DNA from: Promethearchaeota archaeon
GTDB lineage: Archaea > Asgardarchaeota > Lokiarchaeia > Sigyniarchaeales > SOKP01
Reading direction: 5' to 3'
NCBI GenBank assembly: GCA_011364975.1
Contig: RDOE01000080.1
Location: 1 to 14,889 of the forward strand
DNA: 14,889 nucleotides
Shown piece by piece: positions 7,320 through 14,889 of the stretch. The position numbers and the translations under genes are program-made. Numbering within the stretch: position 1 is the first letter of the stretch; each line of letters begins with the position of its first letter. Below the pieces are notes generated by a model. That model had not been told where the DNA came from. It did not search any database and saw only the letters and a list, made by a program, of their open reading frames with translations.

Positions 7320-8753
7320 TCAGATTTTATCAATATTACTTTTAAAATTGGAAATTTTTGGTAAAAGAGGTAAAAATTCTAAAGGATCTCCAAATACCGG
7401 GATATTTTTCTCCTTTAAATTTATCAAAAATTCATCAATATTTTTTGGACGTGTTAAGTGTTGAGTGATAACTATTAATGGTTTTTTATGTTTATGTCCT
7501 AATTCAAGACTTTCTAATACAACATTAAGGAAGGCTGAAGGGTCCTGAATTCTTGGTGGTAAGGTAAGATAAAAGCCAGGTAAATCCAATATAAGACCAT
7601 CGATATTTAGATCTAAAAGCAATATATCTATTATTTCTTGAACTTGGTTAATAGCAAAAAATTGAGCTGCAAAATCTAGAGGGTTATTTGAGCTAGTACC
7701 AGGCATAAAAAATCTTTTATTAATTTCTTGTTGTGTTTCTGAAGAAAAGGGGGGAACTTTCATTCCATGGTGTTCGATAATATCTACAAGCACTACACCA
7801 TATCCTCCTGAAATACTTAAAACAGCCAAGTTTTTTGCGGCAAATACACCATAACATTCAATTAACCGTGCTGTATGCAGTAGCTGTTCCAAAGAATCAA
7901 CTTCGATCATATTATATTGTCTAAAAAAGTTTTTCCAGATTTTATTGTCTCCAGATATTGATGCAGTGTGCGTTTTTGCTGCTCTAGCACCAGTTTCACT
8001 TTTTCCACCTTTTAAAACAACAATCGGTTTCTTATTCTTCTTTAAAATTGATCTTAATTCGTGAATTCTTCCTTGCTTTATTCCTTCTAAATAGCAGAGA
8101 ATTATTTCGGTCTCAGGATCAGTTATTAAATAATATAATAGATCAATAAAGTCCAGATCAGCTCCATTACCAAATGAAAATACCTTTGAAAACTTTATTC
8201 CTAATTCAATAGAAGAGTAAATTGCAATATTACAAATTCCACCAGATTGAGCAATAAATCCGATATTTCCCGTGAGGGTAGGAAAATTTAACCGCCACGC
8301 CATACCAATTTTGGGATAATATAGTCCTAATCCGTTTGGACCTAGAATTCTTACTTTATTTTGAGCCCTCCTTAATAACTCTTTCTCTAATGCTAGCCCC
8401 TCCTCTGTTCCTGCATCAGAAAATTCTGAAGTAAAAACAGTTACTAATTTAACACCTTTTTTTACGCATTCATCCATAACATCTAAAACAAGTTTCGCCG
8501 GTACTGCGATAAATGCAAAATCAACATCTCCTGGAACATTAAGTATTGAACTATAAATGTCTTCCTTTGGAAAGTTGGGAATTTCTTCTAATTTCGGATG
8601 AATTGCATATACTTTACCTTTAAATGAGTATTGATGATTTCTTAAAAAGAAATAATCTCTTTTTTTTGAAGGACCAATTACTGCTATAGATTTGATATTA
8701 TTAATGAAACTTATATCTTTTACATTTAAGTCTGAGTCTACTACTTGCTCCAT
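7320..8753 (-). CDS. Acyl-CoA synthetase (NDP-forming) alpha subunit / CoA-binding protein
   Basis: 477 aa; SIAVIG CoA-binding fold, RILGPNGLG, IAQSGG, SFGNGAD, YLEG, LKGG, phospho-His motif AKTHTASI, SISGG and NPLD; no ATP-grasp beta domain. Confidence 0.9.
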   Translation of the reverse strand: MEQVVDSDLNVKDISFINNIKSIAVIGPSKKRDYFFLRNHQYSFKGKVYAIHPKLEEIPNFPKEDIYSSILNVPGDVDFAFIAVPAKLVLDVMDECVKKGVKLVTVFTSEFSDAGTEEGLALEKELLRRAQNKVRILGPNGLGLYYPKIGMAWRLNFPTLTGNIGFIAQSGGICNIAIYSSIELGIKFSKVFSFGNGADLDFIDLLYYLITDPETEIILCYLEGIKQGRIHELRSILKKNKKPIVVLKGGKSETGARAAKTHTASISGDNKIWKNFFRQYNMIEVDSLEQLLHTARLIECYGVFAAKNLAVLSISGGYGVVLVDIIEHHGMKVPPFSSETQQEINKRFFMPGTSSNNPLDFAAQFFAINQVQEIIDILLLDLNIDGLILDLPGFYLTLPPRIQDPSAFLNVVLESLELGHKHKKPLIVITQHLTRPKNIDEFLINLKEKNIPVFGDPLEFLPLLPKISNFKSNIDKI

Positions 8754-8776
8754 TGATTATTATAAATTAAAGATAA

Positions 8777-8790
8777 GTTTAATAGTTTTT
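8777..8790 (-). promoter_or_regulatory. Putative BRE/TATA element for the acyl-CoA synthetase gene
   Basis: Minus strand AAAAACTATTAAAC ending 23 nt before the ATG, consistent with a leaderless archaeal transcript. Confidence 0.4.
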
Positions 8791-8846
8791 AAAATAAAAA
8801 ATCTTGCGAAATGATGTGAAATGTCAAAATCTTTAATTATTTCTTG

Positions 8847-8856
8847 GATAATTCGA
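8847..8856. repeat. 10-bp direct repeat GATAATTCGA, copy 1
   Basis: Exact match to 9587-9596; lies 6 nt beyond the TIR gene stop. Confidence 0.6.
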
Positions 8857-8862
8857 CTAAAA

Positions 8863-9567
8863 TTAACTTCTAAAAATTTCTTTATATAAATTTTGAATAA
8901 ACCCCTCAATATTATCCTTTTGAAATTCCACTCCTAAGAAAGGTTTGATTAATAGTGGAATATCGGTAGGATCTTGAAAAACAGGTAAAATACGCATTTT
9001 TCCTTCTTGCTGTAATTGAATAGCAGCACTTCTCTCCAATTTTACGGATTTAGAGATTTTGGAATTTTGAGAACAAAAATATATAAACACTTTTGATCTT
9101 TCAAGATTTTCCTCCATATACTCGATAATATTTTGACCACTATCCTTCTCCCAATAGTATACTTTAGAAATTTCCTTATAACTTTCTAACATTTTAGCAA
9201 TTCTAGGAATCTCAAAAAAATCGGAATCCTTTGTAGAATAACTCAAGAATATGTTAAAATTAATTATAACCCCCGTGACAGCGGATTTAACAATTCTAGC
9301 GAACTGTTCAACTCTCTGAGTTGCTTCATCTAATGCAGCTTGATTTCCAGTTTCTAAATAGTCACTAAGGTGGGCTAGTGCTTTTTCCATCAATTTTGCT
9401 TCTTCTTTTAAAACAAGATTATTGCTTGCTTTACATGCATAGATAAGATCGACTAACCAAAATAGTTGGTCTCGAAAACGTCCTTGAGGTGGTCTTTTAT
9501 GTAAAATTTTTGATATATTTTCCATTGAATCCTCTTTTTGATTTGAGTGATTTTCCATAATTTTCAC
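8863..9567 (-). CDS. TIR-domain protein (TIR_2-like) with an uncharacterised N-terminal helical region
   Basis: C-terminal ~130 aa: IFLSYS, YYWEKDSG-x-x-I-x-x-x-M-x-x-x-L, VFIYFCSQNS-x-x-S-x-x-V-x-x-E-x-x-AA and RILPVF. Start could be GTG 9567, ATG 9558 or a later ATG. Confidence 0.85.
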   Translation of the reverse strand: MKIMENHSNQKEDSMENISKILHKRPPQGRFRDQLFWLVDLIYACKASNNLVLKEEAKLMEKALAHLSDYLETGNQAALDEATQRVEQFARIVKSAVTGVIINFNIFLSYSTKDSDFFEIPRIAKMLESYKEISKVYYWEKDSGQNIIEYMEENLERSKVFIYFCSQNSKISKSVKLERSAAIQLQQEGKMRILPVFQDPTDIPLLIKPFLGVEFQKDNIEGFIQNLYKEIFRS

Positions 9568-9586
9568 GTTATTACTGGTATAAAAT

Positions 9587-9596
9587 GATAATTCGA
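9587..9596. repeat. 10-bp direct repeat GATAATTCGA, copy 2
   Basis: Exact match to 8847-8856; lies 19 nt upstream of the TIR gene GTG. Confidence 0.6.
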
Positions 9597-9722
9597 TTCA
9601 TTTACTATCTACGAAGAGATTAGATTAGTATAAAAATATTATTTAATGTAATAAATTTCAGATTTTCATTTTTTCTTATTAATTAAAGAAAATATAATTA
9701 ACATGATTAAATTGCATAATGT

Positions 9723-10229
9723 ATGGTAGAACTCGATAAAAAAATTTTAAAGCGTTCAGATCGAATGCTAAAACTCTTTAAAAGTTTTAAGGGTAGGGCT
9801 TTAAAGGATTTACCTGTTCCTCCTTTTACTAAATGGTTAAATGGGAAAATTATTAAGACAGATAGAGGATTATTAGAGCTGGAATTTGAAATAAGACCTG
9901 AAATGTCTAACCCAACTAATCTATTACACGGAGGAATGCAATGTGCTTTAATGGACGACACTATCGGGATGATGACAGCAACATTAGGCTATGAGGGATT
10001 TCCTATCAGTATAGATTTTCATGTCGATTATTTAGGTAAAGTAAAAATTGGTGAAAAAATAAGGGTTGTTGGAAAACTAATTCGTGAGGGTAAAAATATA
10101 TTGCATGCTATCGCAGAAATTTATGACGTAAATGATACTTTAATTTCTACAGGAAATTCAAACTTATTAAAAACGCATTTTATTCCAGATTATGTTAAAA
10201 TTGCAGATCAATTTATTAATGAAGATTAA
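9723..10229 (+). CDS. PaaI-family hotdog-fold acyl-CoA thioesterase
   Basis: 168 aa; NP-x-x-x-LHGG-x-x-x-ALMD signature followed by SIDFHVDYL and REGKN strands. Confidence 0.9.
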   Translation: MVELDKKILKRSDRMLKLFKSFKGRALKDLPVPPFTKWLNGKIIKTDRGLLELEFEIRPEMSNPTNLLHGGMQCALMDDTIGMMTATLGYEGFPISIDFHVDYLGKVKIGEKIRVVGKLIREGKNILHAIAEIYDVNDTLISTGNSNLLKTHFIPDYVKIADQFINED

Positions 10230-10308
10230 AATCAATCAAAACTTTAAATTTATCTGTTTGTTATTATTATTTAAAAGAAATCTTATTAATGTATAACGGT
10301 GGTTTAAA

Positions 10309-11229
10309 TTGCTCCATAAAAATGTTGTTCATATGCTTAATTATCTTAAATATGATAAAACTTCGGGAGCAAGTGAATTGATTGAAACTACCCTAGATAT
10401 AATACAAAATCAATTAAAGCATATTAAAGATCCTGAAGAAGATATAAAAGATATCATCATTGAATTATCTATGGAAATCTTTCATTCCCGCCCTAGTATG
10501 GCTCCAATCATAAATGTAATAGGATTTATAATTAATGACTTAGAACAATTTAATAAAAATGCTATTTTAAAAAGAATTGAACAATATAAATTAAATAATG
10601 CCAAAAGGAAGGAATTACTTAATGCTAATTTTAAATTATTCCTTGATAGTTTACAAGTAGAGCATTTAAATATAATGTTGATTTCCTATAGCTCTACAAT
10701 AGTCAGCTTTTTTGAAAAAGTAACAGATAGGGATTACACGTTTTACATTTTAGAATCCCGACCCTTATTAGAGGGCCGTAAGACAGCAGAAATATTATCC
10801 TCAAAATATGAGGTTAATCTTATCACTGATTCAGCAATAGGGAAATTTATTCCTAACATAAACTTAATCTTAACAGGAATTGACAGTATCTTAAAAGATG
10901 GGTCAATCATTAATAAAATTGGTACTTATCCTTTAGCTACAATTGGAAACTTGAATACCAAAAAAGTGTATGCTATAGCGGATAGCTTTAAATATAATCT
11001 AAAAAGCCATTATGATATTCCGGTTATAATAGAGGAGAAACCTGAATATGAAATTTATAGCAAAAAGATAAAAATTGAAACGTTTAAGGTACATAATTAT
11101 TATTTTGATATCACGCCCCCACAGTATTTTGATGGAATTATCTCTGATTTAGGAATCTTGTCAGTTGAGGAGTTTTTAACTAAGGTTAAAGATTTTCTAC
11201 CATTAGATTGGTACAGGGTATTTCTATAG
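10309..11229 (+). CDS. eIF2B alpha/beta/delta-family protein (aIF2B-like)
   Basis: 306 aa; SGA, RPSMA, SYSST, LESRPLLEG, ITDSA, GIDS-x-x-x-DG-x-x-INKIGT, K and YFDITP...IISDLG. TTG start supported by GGTGGT at 10298-10303; alternative ATG at 10333. Confidence 0.88.
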   Translation: MLHKNVVHMLNYLKYDKTSGASELIETTLDIIQNQLKHIKDPEEDIKDIIIELSMEIFHSRPSMAPIINVIGFIINDLEQFNKNAILKRIEQYKLNNAKRKELLNANFKLFLDSLQVEHLNIMLISYSSTIVSFFEKVTDRDYTFYILESRPLLEGRKTAEILSSKYEVNLITDSAIGKFIPNINLILTGIDSILKDGSIINKIGTYPLATIGNLNTKKVYAIADSFKYNLKSHYDIPVIIEEKPEYEIYSKKIKIETFKVHNYYFDITPPQYFDGIISDLGILSVEEFLTKVKDFLPLDWYRVFL

Positions 11230-11254
11230 ATAAAAATTAAAACGAGATTTTTTA

Positions 11255-12229
11255 ATGACATTGTGGAGAGATCAATTAGAATATGATCCAATTCAGCCCT
11301 TAATTTTATCCAAAAATAATGCATTAATATATCATACAAAAAGAACACTTCTGGATGAAAAAGTTCCACTTATTGAAACTTTATGGGAATTGAATTCTGC
11401 GCTAAAAATCATTAAAAAACAAAAAGCTAATGGTTCATGGGCCTATCGTGGTGGAAAAGAGATCATTCGGAGTCGTGAAAATTATAATCAACTAGAAACA
11501 TATAGACAATTAGGATTTTTAATTGAAAATTTTGGATTTAATAATTCTCATACATCAATTGAAAAAGCAGCTCAGTTTCTATTCTCTTTTCAAACTGATC
11601 TGGGTGATTTTAGGGGAATTTATGGCACTCAATATACCCCCAATTATTCTGCAGGAATTTGTGAACTTTTAATTAAAGCAGGATATTATGCTGACGTTCG
11701 TATTAAAAAATGTATAGAGTGGCTCTTAGCAAGTCGTCAAAATGATGGTGGATGGGCAATTCCTATAAGAACTCAAAACTATAAATGGCAAGAAGTAGTC
11801 AATTCTGATATAATTTTAGAACCAAGGACTGAAAAACCATTTTCTCACATAATAACTGGAGTTGTTTTAAGAGCTTTTGCAGCGCATCCTTACTATAGAA
11901 AAAGTGAGGAAATAAGGCAAGCAGCACTATTACTACTTGATAATTTTTTTCAGAATGATAATTATCCTGACAGAAAAGAAAAAAGTTTTTGGACAAAATT
12001 TACCTTTCCTTTTTGGTTTACTGATCTTTTGAGTGCATTAGATTCTATTTATTTCATTGATATTGCTAAACATCATCCCAATATATTAAAATCACTAGAA
12101 TGGTTTAAAAAACAACAACAACCCGATGGAATGTGGGACGTTAAAATCTTAAAGACGGGAGTTGATAAGGACATAAAGTTATGGATAGGTTATCTTATTT
12201 GTTTGACTTTTAAACGCTTTTTAGCATAA
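11255..12229 (+). CDS. Prenyltransferase/squalene-cyclase repeat (QW-motif) alpha-barrel protein, function unknown
   Basis: 324 aa; QKANGSW, QTDLGDF, RQNDGGW and QQPDGMW, three of them preceded by helix motifs A-x-x-FL / C-x-x-WL / S-x-x-WF. Confidence 0.75.
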   Translation: MTLWRDQLEYDPIQPLILSKNNALIYHTKRTLLDEKVPLIETLWELNSALKIIKKQKANGSWAYRGGKEIIRSRENYNQLETYRQLGFLIENFGFNNSHTSIEKAAQFLFSFQTDLGDFRGIYGTQYTPNYSAGICELLIKAGYYADVRIKKCIEWLLASRQNDGGWAIPIRTQNYKWQEVVNSDIILEPRTEKPFSHIITGVVLRAFAAHPYYRKSEEIRQAALLLLDNFFQNDNYPDRKEKSFWTKFTFPFWFTDLLSALDSIYFIDIAKHHPNILKSLEWFKKQQQPDGMWDVKILKTGVDKDIKLWIGYLICLTFKRFLA

Positions 12230-12232
12230 ATC

Positions 12233-13564
12233 TTATTCGATTTTCTCAGCCATATACTTTTTAAGATATGTAATTGCTATCGCATAAAGAGGTATTACGG
12301 ATAATTCTATAAATATGGATATGATAAACGGAGATTTAGGTCCAAAATTATCCCATGCAATTCCTCCTAAAATAGGACCTAAAATTGCCCCTAAGAGACT
12401 CAACCATTGGGTAGCTCCAAAAACCTTACCTCGATGATATTTTGAGATGCGGCTAACAATATTTTGGAGAATTACATTTCCTCCCCAAGCAAAAGTTGAA
12501 TCAAACAATAACAAAATTCCAAAAACCAATCCTGAGGTGGAATTGATAATTAAAAAAGTAACCAAGGAACCAAAACCACTAACGAAAGCAATCCCAATAA
12601 TTGGATTAATTTTATCTGCTATTTTTCCTAATTTAGGAGCAAGTAATAAAGAAACAACTTGACTTGGAAAGTAGATTAACATTACTAGGATAGCATTTTC
12701 CACTAAAAGAACATCAGTAAGATAACCTTGAAAATAAGGATATGCTAAGGAAGCATTCATATTACTTGTCATAAAGGCAAGAGTTAGAATTAAAAAACCA
12801 AAAAAGAAACCACGTGTTATTTTCTCAGAAGGGGTTTCCTGAGAATCCATAAGCACAGGTTCCTTTGTAATAGCTGTTGGTTCAACATTAGATGGATATA
12901 TATTAAAAATATGTTTCTCAAATGTAAGTTCTTCATCTACTTTCCGATGAAATATAATCCCTCCCAAAATATTTGATGCTGCAAATATTAGAAGAGGACT
13001 ATACACAAGGAATAACACTTCTGGAGTAACTATACTAAAGATTAGAAAAACCGTCACACTAATGATGGAACCAACAAAATTACCCCATCCAATCATTGCT
13101 GCTCTTTTTCCAAATGCAAAGGAGCGATTCATCTTACTCGACTTTTCTGAAATTAATGTATCTAACGGAGTCCAAAAGAACCCAACAAAAAATCCAAGAA
13201 CAAACATTCCTCCTGTAAAGGTTATATAATTAGACATTATTATTCCAAAATACATTACTATATAAGCAGTAGCTCTTCCAAAACTACCAATTAGGACTAA
13301 TAATTTCTTGGAGATTCGGTCGGTAAGATAACCCACTATTGGAGAACTCAACAAACCCCCCACCGTTTGAATAGAAAAAGCAAGGCCTAACTCTGTACGT
13401 GATACACCCAATAATTTAATTGTAACATATGGAATTAAAAAGGAAAAAAAGAAAAACCCCATGCTGTTCCAAAAAATGATCCTAATCATAGCTATGAAAT
13501 CGGGTGTTGTAATATTGTTCATAATCTGGTTATTATTAACCTTTTTTGATTTTAAAGTCCCCAT
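12233..13564 (-). CDS. Major facilitator superfamily transporter
   Basis: About 12 hydrophobic segments in two halves with a polar central loop; motif A GYLTDRISKK and GKIADK; RGKVFG...GAILGPILGG. The true start may be a later ATG. Confidence 0.9.
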   Translation of the reverse strand: MGTLKSKKVNNNQIMNNITTPDFIAMIRIIFWNSMGFFFFSFLIPYVTIKLLGVSRTELGLAFSIQTVGGLLSSPIVGYLTDRISKKLLVLIGSFGRATAYIVMYFGIIMSNYITFTGGMFVLGFFVGFFWTPLDTLISEKSSKMNRSFAFGKRAAMIGWGNFVGSIISVTVFLIFSIVTPEVLFLVYSPLLIFAASNILGGIIFHRKVDEELTFEKHIFNIYPSNVEPTAITKEPVLMDSQETPSEKITRGFFFGFLILTLAFMTSNMNASLAYPYFQGYLTDVLLVENAILVMLIYFPSQVVSLLLAPKLGKIADKINPIIGIAFVSGFGSLVTFLIINSTSGLVFGILLLFDSTFAWGGNVILQNIVSRISKYHRGKVFGATQWLSLLGAILGPILGGIAWDNFGPKSPFIISIFIELSVIPLYAIAITYLKKYMAEKIE

Positions 13565-13738
13565 TAACAGTATTTAACCAATCTTTTTATGAGAATAAAT
13601 TAAAAAATTATTCAATTCCTAAAAATTTCACGATTTTAAATATCTACATCAAATTTTTGCATCTCTAATAGATTCAGATAACTTTTTAAGTATAGTCATT
13701 AGAAGTTGATTAAAGAAATACTCTAATGTATCAAATAA

Positions 13739-13754
13739 GAAAGATATTATAAAC
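13739..13754 (+). promoter_or_regulatory. Putative BRE/TATA element upstream of the POR gamma-delta gene
   Basis: GAAAGATATTATAAAC in the divergent intergenic region; other TATA-like candidates exist nearby. Confidence 0.3.
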
Positions 13755-13834
13755 TAAATAGGTAAACCTTAATTTTATGAGAATATTAACCTTACTCAAA
13801 TAGATTTTGTAAAAATAAACTTAAATGCATTAAT

Positions 13835-14836
13835 ATGTTAACACCTGAACATGTAAAAGAAGTATTGAAAGATAACGTAATCAATTTAAGATTTCACGCT
13901 CGGGGAGGCCAAGGAGGTGTTACTGCTTCAAATTTGTGCGTTGAAGCTTTTTATGGCTATGGAATATGTCAACCTAAGTTCGGCGCAGAGCGAATGGGAA
14001 GTCCTACTGAAAGTTATGTAAGATTATCTGCTAATGAAGATTTAATCCGTTCTAATGAACAAGTTTATGTTCCACATTTCGTTGCAGTTTTAGATCCCTC
14101 ACTTTTAGGCGAGATCGATGTCACGGCGGGAATGCCTAAAGGAGGGTGGCTAATTGTAAATACCTCATTAGATCAAATTAGCATTCAGCAAACAGTTGGC
14201 AGATCTGATCTAAATATTGCTACAATTGATGCTACCAGAATTGCTTTAGATGTCCTGGGGCGAAATATAACTAATACTATTATTTTAGGTGCCCTAATTC
14301 GTGTATCTTACATATTTACATTAGATGAGTTATCAGATGCAATTATGATGCGATTCAAAGGAGAAATCGCAGGAAAAAATATTGAAGCAATTAAACAGGC
14401 TATTGAAGAAACGTGTATATATGATATAGGTATAGACCCCGATTTTTCTATTGATAGTAAAGTACCATGGCAACAAGTAGAACTAGGACTTCCTGGTTAT
14501 AAAGAAGTTGATAAAGCAGGTGTATGGTATTGTGATGAAAGCGTAATTCCAGTTGGAAGTGACCAAATCAATACGGGAAGCTGGGGAGAATGGGATGTAA
14601 TTTGGGATAAGGAGATATGTACTGATTGTGCACAGTGTTGGTATATTTGTCCTGATTTTGCTATTCTGAGAGAAAAAGGTGAGGATAATTTATGGCATAT
14701 GTCGGGGATAGATAGTTTTCATTGTAAGTCCTGTTTAAACTGCTTAGAAATATGTCCTGTCAATGCTATAAGTAAAAAGTTAAAGCAAGGACCTGCTGCA
14801 TGCGCGGTTCCTGAAGAACAAGGAGGTCACAACTAA
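13835..14836 (+). CDS. Pyruvate/2-ketoisovalerate:ferredoxin oxidoreductase-type gamma subunit fused to a delta ferredoxin subunit
   Basis: 333 aa; RFHARGGQGGVT, FGAERMGSP, DAT-x-IA...NTIILGA and KNIEA (gamma), then NTGSW, CTDCAQCWYICPD and CKSCLNCLEICP (PorD-like). Confidence 0.9.
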   Translation: MLTPEHVKEVLKDNVINLRFHARGGQGGVTASNLCVEAFYGYGICQPKFGAERMGSPTESYVRLSANEDLIRSNEQVYVPHFVAVLDPSLLGEIDVTAGMPKGGWLIVNTSLDQISIQQTVGRSDLNIATIDATRIALDVLGRNITNTIILGALIRVSYIFTLDELSDAIMMRFKGEIAGKNIEAIKQAIEETCIYDIGIDPDFSIDSKVPWQQVELGLPGYKEVDKAGVWYCDESVIPVGSDQINTGSWGEWDVIWDKEICTDCAQCWYICPDFAILREKGEDNLWHMSGIDSFHCKSCLNCLEICPVNAISKKLKQGPAACAVPEEQGGHN

Positions 14837-14889
14837 CAATAATTCTTTTCACACTCTGAAAATCCATTTCTTCAATACCAAAAAACCCG

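Noticed and set aside
8863-12229. TIR + aIF2B-like + QW-repeat genes as one defence/signalling system
   Set aside because: TIR is divergent and separated by a thioesterase gene; nothing in the sequence links them beyond proximity.
9707-12662. Short ORFs 9707-9961, 11100-11369, 11799-11996 and 12447-12662
   Set aside because: All lie antisense to well-supported genes.
1-14889. CRISPR arrays, tRNA/rRNA genes, transposases
   Set aside because: No spaced repeats, GC-rich structured RNA segments or transposase motifs seen; intergenic gaps are short and AT-rich.

Overview
AT-rich, archaeal-looking window. Gene content (HdrA-MvhD fusion, four-subunit 2-oxoacid:ferredoxin oxidoreductases, an NDP-forming acyl-CoA synthetase alpha subunit, an aIF2B-like protein, a stand-alone TIR protein) resembles Asgard/Lokiarchaeia-type genomes; this taxonomy is an inference. 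There are 14 credible CDSs. Left half: Fe-alcohol dehydrogenase and a DUF35 Zn-ribbon/OB protein, then korC and a tightly coupled korD-korA-korB-hdrA/mvhD operon with no hdrBC or mvhAG, converging on the acyl-CoA synthetase alpha gene. Right half: a TIR-domain gene bracketed by an exact 10-bp direct repeat, a PaaI thioesterase, an eIF2B-family protein lacking the isomerase Cys, a QW-repeat prenyltransferase/squalene-cyclase-fold protein, an MFS transporter and a fused POR gamma-delta subunit. No rRNA, tRNA, CRISPR array or transposase was recognised. The best candidates for new biology are the 2-oxoacid oxidoreductase/HdrA-MvhD redox module and the repeat-flanked TIR cassette.
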